A program made the position numbers and the translations under genes. Below, piece by piece: positions 1-12,900 of a DNA stretch of 37,613 nt. This DNA is from Spirogloea muscicola. Its lineage: Eukaryota. Position 1 is the first letter of the stretch. Every line of letters begins with the position of its first letter. The notes beneath the pieces were generated by a model, which ran no database searches, was not told where the DNA came from, and was given only the letters and a program-made list of their open reading frames with translations. Location of the stretch: positions 497,219-534,831 of the forward strand of contig WELB01000019.1 in NCBI GenBank assembly GCA_009602725.1, written 5' to 3'.

Positions 1-98
1 GCGTGAGGACAGGTGCTCACGTCACACTCCTCCCAGCATAAGCTGTTGCCATTTGCAATCCATGGGCTTGTTTATGATCTCAGAAGTGGTCCTGGCAG

Positions 99-223
99 GT
101 GTTGATCTCGCCCAAGTGCTAGCAGCCGGCAACTTCATCTTGCACCACCTCGGCAGGCCGTCAGGCTCACGGACAGCTATTGCTTACAACAATTCAGGAG
201 GGCGGCATACTGCTCATCTATGA
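99..223 (+). CDS. HMGCL: Hydroxymethylglutaryl-CoA lyase, terminal exon only (rest of gene upstream of window)
   Basis: After acceptor cag (96-98) the exon reads VDLAQVLAAGNFILHHLGRPSGSRTAIAYNNSGGRHTAHL then TGA at 221-223. This resembles the plant HMG-CoA lyase C-terminus (VDLxKLxxAGxFIxxHLGRPxGSK). Not in the ORF track. Confidence 0.8.
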
Positions 224-400
224 CCACTCTCATTCAGGCACAAGAGTCCAGCAATTAACATCTATAAGTACTGATGTATGTTTGCTTGCTCGCTTACAGC
301 AATTGAGGGCGGCATAATGCTCAATTTGTAATTGCTCACGTTCAGGCACGGAAATTCTAGCAATTGACATCTATGATTCTGATGTGCACTTGCTGCTTAG
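182..400. repeat. Degenerate ~110-bp tandem duplication spanning the HMGCL stop codon and 3' UTR
   Basis: gcttacaacaatt..gagggcggcata..ttcaggcac..agcaattaacatctat..ctgatgt (182-291) recurs as gcttacagcaatt.gagggcggcata..ttcaggcac..agcaattgacatctat..ctgatgt (292-400). Confidence 0.8.
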
Positions 401-761
401 TACGGCTGGCTGCTGCGAGCTGATCCACTGTACTGTCCTAGCCTGTCATGAAGAAGCTGGCACATAATTTGGCTGTGATGTTTGTGGAGCTCACAAAGAC
501 GTGATATATATGTGTAGCTTGCTCATGGGCTACCTCAAAGGTGGCATGGTCGAGAGGTTACAAGTATATATTGTTCTCTTGTGAACGTTATAGGCCATAC
601 ATACATCTTCGACAGTGTTATACTAAAGCTTGATGGAAGCAGGATTGACCTTTACATTTCTGCTCTATACTTGTCATATTGTAGAGGCTCGTTCTCCACC
701 TTCGACAGCGTTGAAATTTGTTAACGGAAGCAGGAATAATACAGCATATGATTTGGCAAAT

Positions 762-817
762 AGCTATCATCTGATAAGTGCTTAAGACTAAGCTATCATC
801 TGATAAGTGCTTAAGAC
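762..817. repeat. Short tandem repeat, period 29
   Basis: agctatcatctgataagtgcttaagac is identical at 762-788 and 791-817. Confidence 0.9.
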
Positions 818-1371
818 AAGAAGCCTCATGATTCTGCAATGCACAAATGCTCTGTTGACAACATGAGACCCTCAATGAGCACAGCTCGATACATGTGGGG
901 ATCAGCATACCTGCTTCGGAGATAAAGTATCTTTCACAGTAGTATACATTGAGTTGGTTCTGGGAAATTCCTAAGCTAATGTAAGATTGTCCAGTGACTT
1001 AATAGTACAGCTTTCATGCAATGACAGTCAAGCATGTAGGAGCTGCAAGGTTCTGCTCCCTTAGCTCCATTCTGTGCAGGCGTGCTAAGGGCTACTAATC
1101 TCTACTGTTGCTCTGCTGCAATAAAGAAGCCCCAAAGCCTCTGCCTGCTAAGGCAGTGAGCTGGGGGGCTTGATCTCTAGTGCAAGTGGCAACTGTGCAT
1201 TGTCTACACATTAGTGATACACCACGCCTGACACTGAGTATAGCGGAGCTGCTCGGAGTGATCAATGTGGGTAGGCAGAAAGATGAATTGGAAGGGCCTG
1301 GGGACAGTGGCTTGCAAGACAAGTAGCTCTGCACGTACGCCATTCCTCGGAGTTGCAAGACCTGCAGCTTT

Positions 1372-4300
1372 TTAGGATGGATGGTGCTCTCGCAAAGGAT
1401 GGAGGACCTCAAAGTTGATGGATGCAAGCTGGGACAGATTCTGCAACACAGTAGCTCTCAGGATGTAAGGGCTGGGCATATAACGATGCACCACTGCTTC
1501 AGCTACTTCTTGGGCTCTAAGGCCAATCAAGCCAAGCAACCGTGCTTGTCCTGGAGCTGACCTGCAGAAATGACGTTCCTTGTATTCGAGCATCTTCCAA
1601 CTGTACCTGCAGGTATTGCTATTCACTAGACCAAAGCTATGTCCTGCTTGTCAAGTTATGGAGGTGACTAAGATACACAGGCTACAAGGGCCTCAGAAGA
1701 TCTACCTTAAAGGAGAAGTTGCTGAAGGCATACTTTTCAGAGGCAGTCATCCCAGAATCAATCAAACTCCCTGGATCCTCATCCTGCGATGTTCAAGTGC
1801 GAATTCGAGATGATGGATTGAAGTGTTCGAGACATACAAAGATGCTGGTTGCAAGCCATGGTCTACGATCAGTCAGAGGTCAAGGGCTCATCTGCTAAAG
1901 AGTAAGAACAAGCACGTCATAGCCTTCTTCATTGCCACAAACCTTGTTGAGATTTTTGATATGTCGTACCAGGGTTCAGAGATGAGAATTAGAGATGGCT
2001 CTTGAGGCCACCACAACTGATTTCAACACTGACTGTCATGACTGTCACGAACTAAGGAACCATCATGACTGTCCCTCCTACCATGACGGCCCAATCTTAA
2101 CAGCATATAGTAGGGGAACGCACCGCTTCCTCGGGGTGTATTGGCATTTTTCTTGGGCTGCTGTTTCGACTCCTGCTTGCAAGCTCAACATCGCTCACGT
2201 CATCACTCTCATCCCGACTTGTTGCGCCATCTCGATCTCGCCACGCGCCATTTGATCCCCAAAGATGACGCGTGGTGAAGTAACTGGTGTCGTGTGCTGT
2301 GTCAGGGTTGGGGACAAAGGCCATCTTCTCGAATGCCAGTGTATCCCAGTGAATGTCCCTAAAGAATGGATGGGCGCGGACCTGCTTGGCAGAAGAGAAC
2401 AGCTTTTATCAGCACAGTGTGACCATCATGATGCATGATGACAGCTTGCCAATTCACTGGTCTTTGTGGTTTGAATAAATATAATGCACGTTCCAGCCAA
2501 ACTCAAGAGTGGTACTTCATGCTGCACAGGAGCTAGTGAGCTACTGAACAACAATTTGTGCACACCTCCACTGCTCCCTTGGCTCCTAGGCGCGCTCTAG
2601 GATCCACCGCAAGTAACCTGGCAAAGGATTGACTTATTAGCAACCCTGAAGCGTCCTAAGTTGCCCAAATACTTACTTCAGTCCTGCCGAGACTGTGGTT
2701 CCAAGTACAACGTACAGTTTGAAGCAGCTGCTTTCCTGTTCTTCAGGCCACATACATGCAGATGCATGCCAAGAACTTTGGTCTCTACACCTAAACTGCT
2801 GCTATGAGTCAGCGAAGCTTTATGAGCTGTACATAAAGCTGGAAAGCAAATGGTACGCCGGGAAAACGTGATATGTGCAGTACCTATCTATAAGGTCATA
2901 GGCCTCATATGACATCTCCTGTGGTACTTGAGGCCATCGGATATTACGATTAAGGATGTTCTCAAATATGTCCTGCATTTGGTCACATTTCTGATCAGCA
3001 ACAAGGAAGGAGTTCTTGACACAACAGCAGGCAGCAGGTCAAGAAGCAGGAACATGACATGTAGTTGGTGAGTGAGTCAATCCATGGGATGACTCCTCAA
3101 GTCTATTCTTTTCTTGACGAGCCATTAGAGGCTTGGGGTAACCACTGTGCGACGGCCAGCTCGAGTGAGCACCAGATTCTCTGTTATTTCAATGAGATAC
3201 TTCCCTGTAGATACAGCTAGGCCTGCAACCCAAAAGTGGAGGCGAGAGATGTAAACGACCTGAGGCGTGGCTGCATTGAAGGGCGGTGCACCCAAGAGAA
3301 ACTCGTACAAAATGATTCCCACAGACCACCAGTCCACCGCCGCACCTGTCGAGAGCCAAGGCAGAGCCTGGTTAGCCCCTGTCAACATCCCATAGTGTAG
3401 CTTGGCTGAAGCAAAGCAACTCATGCTGCCTTCCTCGTGTATGCATGTGATGGCAGTGGAAGTCCTCTGAGAAGCAAGCACTACTGCGTTGTACCTCGGT
3501 TGAAGAGGCAGAAACTTACCATGCCCCAAGCCAAGGAGAACTTCAGGAGCCAAGTAGTCTGGAGTGCCGATTGCAGCTTCTTTGTCTTTCACATCAGCTG
3601 CGTTTTGGCCAAACAACCTGGCAGGCGTCTGCCAGCCCTCTTGAGAGGTCTGCTGCTGCTGCAGCGGCGGTTGCTGTTGTTGAAGGGGCACGGGAGAGAT
3701 GGGGGAGGAGGGGAGGACAGGAGAGTGAGAAGGGGAGGGAGAAGAGTAGCGCAAATCATCCTCCTTGCTGGCTGGTGAGCATGTCAGATCGTCGGTGCTG
3801 TTGATGAGGCCTATCTTGGAGAGGCCAAAGTCCGTTAGCTGCATATTGACAACAAGCAAGCCAATTTTGAGTGTCGCTGACATGGTGCATAATCATCCTT
3901 GATGAGCTTTCCAAGATGCTGAAGATGCACAAGCCACTTCTGCAGACCACGTCAGGCAACTCTAAGATGACAAGGCTTGTCTATTTTGGAAACAGGCAGC
4001 CCAACTGTGATTACAGCCAAGCAACTGCAATCACAGCTGGACAGCTGAGGACCGAGCTTGGAGCTTACTTTGATATGACCATCATGAGCAATGAGGATGT
4101 TATCGGGCTTCAGATCACGATGGACTACTCCAAGACTGTGCAGATACTCAAGTGCCATCACCTGTACAGACAGAGGAAGACAATGGTATCAAGCACGTTA
4201 CTTCTGGAACAGCTGGTCGCGCTTGGCAACCTTTTTGTCCGGTACTATGCTCTACTCTTAATTCAGTGGTTACAAGTTGATGGAAGGAGGAGTCCTAGGG

Positions 4301-7300
4301 TATTGAAAGGTGAAGTTGCTTACTAATTCTGCAATGTACACCCTTGCCATATCTTCCTCCAGACAGCCAAGGCCTCGCAAGAGCGAATAGAGGTCCCCAC
4401 CATTCAGGTACTCCATGACTAGGTAAAGGTTGTCCCTGCACGTGAAGGAGTAGAAGAAACGAACCTGACAAAAGACAAGCACAAGTATGGCTACTCAGTG
4501 CTGCGAACACCTCGTGCAGCTCAATAAACGCCCAGATGTAACAAGCCATCTAGTGCAGTCTCCTTTTCTTTCCCACTTGCAAAGTACTTCACGGTGTACT
4601 CTATTCTATGTACGCTCGTACTTCCCAATGATATTTAGCAAAATCACTCCCTGATATTATGAAGCAATTGAAGATTCACAAGCTGAAAAACTAAAAGCAG
4701 CTGGGCACACTCCAGCTTACCACAAACGGGTTTTGGGCAGAAATCAAGATGTTGCGCTCTGCTTGAACACTTTCCACAGCATTCTTCCTTACCATGTCAG
4801 CCTTTCTTAGGACCTGCTCAGTGAATGTCAAGCAGGACGCAAAATAGCTTCTTCAGCACACAACCTGAGTGAAGCAATGACGCTTCCCTGTAACGCACAT
4901 TATTGTGTACTTTCTCTGGGCGTCTGTATTTAGAGACCACAGGAGCCACAATCTTACCTTTATGGCAAAAAGGTCGCCTGTGGTTCGTTTCTTGGCAAGG
5001 TAAACCCTGCCAAATGCTCCTCGGCTGATGGGCTTGATGATCTCAAAATCATCAATGCTGGTACGATCCCTGCCAGTGACCGACCCAGCTGCATGGTGAA
5101 GGGGTGTTCCCAAGGGAGTCGACCTCCCAGGGAGCTCATCCTCATAGTCGCTTGCCGGGGCATCCAAGACGTCATCACCCAGCCACAATAGCTCATACTT
5201 TTCGCTGCAGGAAGTGAGGATCACAGCAAGCAGCTTTGCACCCTTAGACAAAGCCATGGTATTGTGCTACTCTTTGAAGCCAAAACAAGGGTACTCCACC
5301 AATCATGCAGATGGCTGTCCGATTCTAAGCCACCAAAACCCCACACCCGAAGATGACTGACCTCGCAAAAAAACGACAATTAGCACATGCACAAGGACTT
5401 ACCGTATGAGCTTGTCAATGCGACGTCCAAAGGTGTCAACGGCAATGAGCTGCTCATCACTCTGCTGCATGACATCATGCAGATCTTTCAAGCAGTTCTG
5501 AAGATACGTTTCGGCTTCAGCATCATCCAGGTGCAATCGTGCCACACATTGTGAAATGTCGGCTAGCTCGTGAATCTGCAACAGCAAAAGACAAAAGTCA
5601 TACTCCAACTTCAAGAACCTCCAAAGGGACAACCCTCAAACAACAAGATCTCCTTGCGTGCTCTCTGTATGCTGCACTCCTCTCCCTCCCTCCCTCCCTC
5701 CCTCCCTCTTTCCCTCCCTCCCTCTCTCCCTCCCTCCCTCCCTGCCTTCCCCCCCTCCCTTCCAGCCAGATAGTCATCGAGCCCAACACATGTCACATAC
5801 AAGATCTCATTACCACCAATAAGGTATAAAAAGTCCTCGAATGCTTCTGCTCTAACATGCATACTAGCCCAAGCTATCTTTCATCTAGCAAAATCAGCAA
5901 ACGACCCATTTGTAGCACTGGCAGAGATAAGGGCCTGACGCATTCAAGCCCAAGACAACAAGCACAGCTGAGTGTCATCACCTGTCTTATGTCGCTGTGG
6001 ACATTGTCATGACCCTCAAGTGACAGAGGGGAGCCTCCCTCAGTCCCACCTTTCTGACTGGCCGAACTGAAGTGGCCAAAGTCGACTGCAGCAATAGCAG
6101 CACTCCCAGAGGCGGCGGAGCTTGGGCTCTCAGTTTCTCGAGTCCTGGCTGGGCTCTCGCCGCCCCTAGTATGGATTGGCCGCAAAGTCTGTGCAGGACT
6201 CTCGCTGCCCCTCACGTAACCTCGAGCAGGGCTCTCGCTGCCTCTGACAAGCACGGGCCCGGGGCCTAAGCTTCTGGCAGGGCTCTCGCTCCCCCTCCCC
6301 AATGACTGGCCGTGATTCCACTGGAAGTTGCCATCAACCAGGAACGGGCTGCGCTGGGACCACCCCGACTGTGTGTAGCTGCTGCCGGGGGGGTCAGTGG
6401 TGCTACCGGATGAGGGGCTGTCAGTGCCGTTGCCAGCCACTTGGTGCAGGTGAGTACGGCCCAGAGATCCGGCCCAGGCCCCGGCGCCCCAGTTGGAGTC
6501 TGTCCCCCCAGGAAAGCCCCCAGCAGTGCCTTCACTGCCATCTCCGAAAGAGTCCTGCCTTGATGGACCGCCCTGTCCTTGCAGACCATGACCGTGGGCG
6601 CCTTCTGCCATATGGTTGGCCAGCCTAGCAGTCTCATCGTTCACCATCCTCTCCAGGACCTCAGCTATCCGCACAAGGCGGTCGTCCAGGGCCAATCCAT
6701 CCGAGTCGCAGCGGTCAGCGATTGCACAGAGGCGCGAGTGCGACTCCAAGTGGAGGGACGGTACCTCTTCCTCGCAGATCCGGCATATGACCAGGTAGTC
6801 ATCGTCATGGCCCTCTCCCCCCTCGTGCCCGTCATCTTCCTCCTCCTTCCCCCAGTAGCCCCACGCGACTTTCGACAGCCGCCGCTGATGGCGAGGGTGT
6901 GACGCCTCACCATCGTCTGTGGAGCCGCGCGAGCCTTCGCAAGCTTGATGGTACGAGCTCGCCCGCCTGTCTGCTATCAAGGCATCGCTGCCCTCCTCGT
7001 CCCTCCTCTTCCTCTCGCTGTGCGAAGCCCTCCTTAGCTCGTCCTTTTGCGAGTTGCTCTTTGCAGGCCCACGAGGCGGTAGGTCGGCGCTCGTCTTCCA
7101 GGATGCCAGGCGTTCTTGCGCCAGGATCGCGGCTTCCTCACGAGCCGCGACCACATCAGCATCCTCCTGTGCCAGCTCCTCCTCATGCACAGTCTCCTCG
7201 AGCACCGGGGCCGACCTGTACATACTGAGTGGATCTGATTGCCCAGGCACTCGCCCGTCGTGCGCGGCAGGAGCAAGCAGTTTGTCTCCACGAGCAGCAA

Positions 7301-9200
7301 CTGTGGTGAAGCCGTCCTCTGACGCGCCGGCCTGAGCTAACTCCATGGTCCTGAGCTGGCCTTCACGGGACCTCCACTCAGCATGTAGCGTCTCATATGT
7401 GAGCGGCAGGCTCGTCGCCCTCTCCCTGCTCGCAGGAGGTAGTCCGTAATGCTCCACCATCCATGCCATCTCCTGCTGCTGAGCACCCCGCGACCGCTCC
7501 TGCCAGGACTCACCCAGCGGTCCACTTTGAAGGGCACCAGCCAGGCGCTGCGTCTTGGGGTGAAGCGGTGAGCCCTCCGCCAGGCTCTCCTTGTGAAATT
7601 GGAGCAGCCGCGTGCAGCGGCTAAGAATGAAAAGGAGACGCGTGTGCCACCGCTTGAGGAGGCCGGGCGAAAGCTGCTGCCGCTCGAGGTCAAGCGACTG
7701 CACGATGGCTTCGCACTGGCTCCGGAGGGCGTCTGGGGACAGGGCCGTGCAATGCCGGGCCAGGTCCAGCAACTCTTTAGCTGCATCAGCCTCGGATTCA
7801 TAAAGCTCCGACGCGGAGCTACCCCACCTCCTCAAGCCGTGAGGCGGCAGCGCAGTATCTTGTGCAAACTTGACACTCCCGTGGCAGTGGTCGAGGGCGT
7901 GGCTCACTTCCACAGCAAATGCGTCGAGCTCGGCATTTACTTCCTTCTTCATGATTTCAAACTTCCTCTGGATGCTGGCCTCCAGGTCCTGTGACAACAA
8001 TCAACACATTTAACAGCATCATCAAGGAGGGGCATTGGCCACTGAGATGCCGCCATCATCACTGGAAATACATTGCCACTTCCAATCACTCCTTGATGTA
8101 TACTAGGTCTTTACAATTTGTGGAATGGACGCTGTGCCACTGAAACCGCTTGACTGACAGAGGGCCTGCGCAAAACCCACCTGTAGATTATGGCTGCTCT
8201 TGTTGCGGTGCAGCGTCTCCAAACTCCGAGCGCTGCTGTCCTCGCTCTGCTCTGAAGCCCTGTGAAGTATGACAGCCGCCGGCCTTGCAATGTCGCCCTC
8301 AAAGGGCAAGTGATTGCTCCTGTCGCCGAGCGATGTCGGCGGGCGAGGGGAGACCTGCCCACCAGGAGACTCAGCACCAACAAGTAGATGATCAGCGCAG
8401 AGGGATGGAAGCCTCATCCACCGCCCGGCAGCGGCCTGGCTGTGCACTTGACATCAAAATGACAATCACTCAAACAGGTCATTCGCTGCGAGCCTCTGTG
8501 ACCCCTACGCAATGGATGGCCCAATCGGCTGCATCCTTGCCGGTTGCACGGGCAAGAGATCCCAGGAAACAACCACATGCCCTGATTTAGGGGCGACAAT
8601 GGCAACAGAACAAGCGAACACTTTGAGCATCAGTGTGCTGGCAGGCAAGCTCACATCGTCATCGTTAGAGCCCCGGTCCGAAGTGCGGCTCCGTATGTCG
8701 AGGTCATCAAAGGCGTGCCGGCGCAGGCTGCGCCTCTCCAAGGCAACGGGCGCGTGGACAATCTCCGTGAGGGCCAGCTTGTCCTCGTATGGCGTCCGCA
8801 ACCGCAACGGCAGGCCGAGAGCAGGCCCTGGCTGGGGTTCCTCACTCACGGCAGCGGTACTGTTCTTGGACTCCAGCACGGGCGCAAGCACGGCGGCGCC
8901 CTTGCCGTCGTGAGCTGCCGCATGCTGCCCCGCGGCCCGTGGGCCGGCACAGGGCCCGCCGCCGGGCCCGCCTGCGCAGGCGGCTTCATTAGCGGCATCC
9001 TCCTTGGCCGTGGACTGGACGCTGAGGCGGCTCTTGCGAGCCTGCTGGACGGCGCCGGCGCCACCGGGCCCGAAGGCCGCGTGGCGCGCAGCCTGCGTGC
9101 GCCCGTCGTGGCCCATGGCGGTGGTCGCCCGAGCGCGCGCCCTGTGACATGCCCTCCGCTCGCTGGCGACGCGCTCAACCAGGCTCCTGCGCAGCGCCAT
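1372..9200 (-). CDS. IRE: IRE/IREH1-type (Greatwall/Rim15-related) AGC Ser/Thr kinase, multi-exon
   Basis: Phase-consistent GT-AG exons: 9200?-8655, 8354-8181, 7988-5982, 5575-5403, 5204-4958, 4813-4721, 4464-4324, 4161-4069, 3838-3520, 3345-3260, 2972-2884, 2617-2566, 2381-2124, 1783-1706, 1440-1372. Motifs: [20 protein letters not shown] zinc finger, [45 protein letters not shown]-terminal [16 protein letters not shown]. The start is uncertain because it lies next to an assembly gap. Confidence 0.93.
5677..5762. repeat. (CCCT)n-type microsatellite in a kinase intron
   Basis: Imperfect ccct run inside intron 5576-5981. Confidence 0.9.
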
Positions 9201-9350
9201 GCACGAGGCTCACCGCGGGCCCCAGGGGCGGCGGGGCGGTATGGACTGGGAAGAGGAGGCGGCGCAGCTCGCGAGGGGGCGGGGCGAGGCCGCACCTGGG
9301 GGGAGCCGCCGGGGGGCGCCATGGCGGGCCGCGGCGGCCGCCCCGAGGGG

Positions 9351-9552
9351 NNNNNNNNNNNNNNNNNNNNNNNNNNNNNNNNNNNNNNNNNNNNNNNNNN
9401 NNNNNNNNNNNNNNNNNNNNNNNNNNNNNNNNNNNNNNNNNNNNNNNNNNNNNNNNNNNNNNNNNNNNNNNNNNNNNNNNNNNNNNNNNNNNNNNNNNNN
9501 NNNNNNNNNNNNNNNNNNNNNNNNNNNNNNNNNNNNNNNNNNNNNNNNNNNN
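9351..9552. other. Assembly gap (N run); single Ns also at 22205 and 24975
   Basis: Run of n flanked by extremely GC-rich and poly-C sequence. Confidence 0.99.
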
Positions 9553-9652
9553 GAGCCCGCCTGGGCGCCCCCCCCCCCCCCCACCTCCCCTGCCGACCTT
9601 CCTCTCCACCCCCCGCTTAACCCCCGCTTAAACCCCCACAAGCCACCGCCTG

Positions 9653-9696
9653 CTTTCAGACCTGTTTACATTCCGTTGGGCTGGCCTCTCACAGCC
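9653..9696 (+). repeat. Short copy of dispersed module B
   Basis: ctttcagacctgtttacattccgttgggctggcctctc resembles the reverse complement of 37117-37154 (ccttcagaccttgtccattcccttgggctggcctctcc). Confidence 0.65.
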
Positions 9697-9968
9697 ATGG
9701 GCCTTGCGGAGTGTCATTTCTTTCTGGCTGTGCTTCCCTCTCCTCGAGCTTGGCGCGAGAGCCGCGTCCTGTCGGCCTCCGACGCCGACGGGCGCGCCAC
9801 TCGACCGCTCCCAGCAGCCTGTAGCAGGCGCCCGGCAGTCGAGCTCCACACCCCCACCTCTCGACCCCCCAGAGCGGTTCCAGTGCCATGCCCCCGAACG
9901 CTTCCGCAGGGTGCACCGTGCACATTGCCTAAGCCCACGTGGGCGCAATAAATAAGGGCTTGCCCCGA

Positions 9969-12900
9969 CTACATTGGGGGCAGTGGCCGGCGGCACGTCG
10001 GACACTCCATCTTGATGTCCATCCACCGCTGCAGACAGCCGGTGTGAAAGAAGTGGTCGCAGGGAGTCACCTGCAATCGCAACCATCCCTAAAGTTGCTC
10101 AGCACTTCCAAAGTTGAAGGGCCTGACAATACTCCTGGACCACTAGGCTCCACTTCGAGCCTGCACTGAGAAGACAATCGGCATTGGAAGGAGACAAACA
10201 GCTGCAGTCTTTGCACGTCCCTGCTCACAAGTGACGAGACTCACCATGCATTCCATGCTCTGCTGCGTGTGATCCACAGGGGCCATGCAGATCACGCAGT
10301 CGACTGCTGACGCCTCACCAGCGACCACCTTCGCTTCCACTCGTCTAAAGTAGCTGTACTTCTCTGGCAAGAACTGCACTTGAGCGAGCAGCAAGTAGTC
10401 AGTCAACTATGTCAGCATGCATCAGGATTGCAGGGGTGTATGAATGAAAGTGAAACTGACCCAGCGTCCGCCCATGCTGACCAAGACCTGCAATGGTGGC
10501 ATGACCCTTTATTATCAGCCAAGCCCTGAAAGCCAATGCTATTGGCAGATGCACACCTGACGAGGAACAAAGCAGCGGGAGCCAAAATAATGTTGAAGAA
10601 GAAGCATTGCAGCCTGTGAAGCCATAAGGATTATCAAGGTGATGCACCAAGCTGCACTCGGCTCCACCCTCATGAAGTTCTTTGGGCACCCGAAGGTGTA
10701 CAAAGGTATGGCCAGACGCGTAATGGTGATGCCAAGAATATAGTGAGGGTGTAGCGGCTTGCGGGTATCCCTCAAGACGTTTGAGACAATCTGAGGTATC
10801 CAGAAGCAATAGAAAAGTAGCAAAATGTAGCGCAAAATGCCATGTAGCTGGTACATCAGCAGGATGCCACCGAGCAAGAAGCCATCTGCACACGAGGTCG
10901 AACGGCACACGAGGTCAAAGTGATGTCTCGTGTTCTCACTGAACACCACTGATTGCATGAAGGATATGACGTACCTGCCAGCACACAATTGCTGCCTTTC
11001 CTGAGGTAATGCACTGACTTACCTTCCTTTGGACAGCAAGACAACAACACGAGCACTCAGATGTTGCGAAGGAGAGTAGGCAAGGGACCGGTGCATACAG
11101 AAGCGCGAGTACAGTACAGAGAGCTCTCTGCGCATGGTGTTCCAGCCCTCGCCTGCGCCAGCTGGCCTTGTGGCTTTCCAGATAGCCAGCAGGTACCGCA
11201 TCTCAAATATAGAGAAGATAACGAACTTGAAGAATGCCGCAGTTGCAAAAGCATTAAATAGAGATTCTGCACACGCACGGTTGTAGATAAGTGAGACATT
11301 GCACGTCTTGCCTGGGCTCCTGACGTGCATGACAGAGTGATCTACATTCGAATGTAGTCACGTGGTAGCTAGCCGGCCAAGCCAAGGCGAAGCTGGTTTT
11401 TGCAATAGTCATTAAGTATGGCATCAGACAATGTGGCTGCACAAAGATCTGCTTGAACAATTCGAAGTATCAAAAGCTGGATCCTCATGTCTGCATAGTC
11501 TGAGCTACATCCACGAAGAAACTGATGTATGATGCTACGGGTTTGTCACATGACTTACCTACAACAATACCAGCTGTCAAGTGAAGCAAGCAGAGGTATG
11601 CGTCTATTACAGCTTGCTGCCCAATCATCAGCAGCGACACCTTGGCAGCGCCCTGTTGACAAGATCAACAGCAGTGCAAGTTTGTAGATCCTGACTGTCA
11701 TGCCAATCCTTAAACAAGCATGTGTTAGGTGACTGTAACATTCACATGGAAAAGTGGAAACAAGCGCATCAAAAATTGAGCAAAGTTAGCTTAGAGGCCC
11801 TTATGGTACACACCGATTGGGTGTTGCTGTGCTCCATCTGCCGGATGAGGAAGAGGACTTGCAAGAACGATACCTGTAGATCCTAGAATTAAGGTTGTTC
11901 GGGCGTTTGAAGGCAAGGCATTCGTAGGTGATGGAAGCAATGATTTAGGAGAGAAGAGAAGCCAGACTTGCGCATACAACATAGCAATCCTCAGCGTAGA
12001 TTGAAGAGGATACAAATGTCACCATCAATGTGTAATTGACAGCCTTGTTATAAGTCACGTCAAGGTTGACGGCTGTAACATTGATGTCAAGGGGAGCAAA
12101 ACATGGTGCATTGGGACTGTTCAGCGAACCCAGCATCTCGCTTGGTATGTGCTGCCAAAGTCCAGCTGCAGAAGCCAAAAAAGGAAAGAAGAGCCTCTAA
12201 GCACAGGTTCAACTTTCTGCAACCATATTGCTTCTGACCAAGATGCCACATACTTGTGAACAGCGCGATGTGATGCAGATTGCATTGCCTGCTAGACTTC
12301 GGCAAGGAGGAGGAAACACTCTCACTGTTGGACTCCCAGAGCAATGGGGAGACTTGTAGTCGGAGTCGAAGTCCGCAGTTGCTGGCAGCACTTGCTGCAG
12401 GCTCTGCAGAACCTAAGGAAAAACATTGAGAAATCAGCAACGGGCACCAAGCTATCCCCATTAGACTACAGACTACGTCGTATGAAGATGACCAACTTTG
12501 CCTTTACAGCAGAGCTTGTAATATGATAACCAGCATCTGTGCACTTATCAGCAGATTATCTCTTTGAGCATTGTGCTGGAAATGCATATTCCAGACAAAA
12601 GCCCTGCACAGCGCAGAATTGGGCGTACTGCTGATACAATCCCGATATGTGACAATCCTTTAGGTTAGACAAGAAGTAGCAGAACAAACTCACCAGACCC
12701 ACTTGACTTGCCAGACTGTCCTGCATCCTGTAAAGGCTGCACGCCAGAGAGCTGGCAGGTGAGTACATCATCTTGCAATTCAGCTAACAAGCAAACATAT
12801 TGATACAAGCCACCAGGTTCTAAGAAGCAGCAGTTGCTTATCTACGCATCTCTCAAGTATGCCAATGTACAGGCAGACCATCACTACAACGTTCATGTTA

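Noticed and set aside
762..817. Short direct repeats as a CRISPR-like array (also 32022-32067 and 36951-37050)
   Set aside because: Eukaryotic context, only 2-3 adjacent units, no unique spacers and no cas genes.
9608..9637. ccccgcttaa x2, telomere-like, next to a module B copy (some CRE-clade elements target telomeres)
   Set aside because: Only two units, not matching TTTAGGG or TTAGGG, and adjacent to a low-quality gap edge.
8715..9951. Long overlapping ORFs on both strands around the N gap (similar sets at 14.5-15.8 kb, 21.7-23.0 kb, 24.5-25.4 kb and 31.0-31.5 kb)
   Set aside because: Ala/Arg/Pro/Gly-rich shadow ORFs caused by very high GC content or by running through Ns. Spliced gene models explain these regions.
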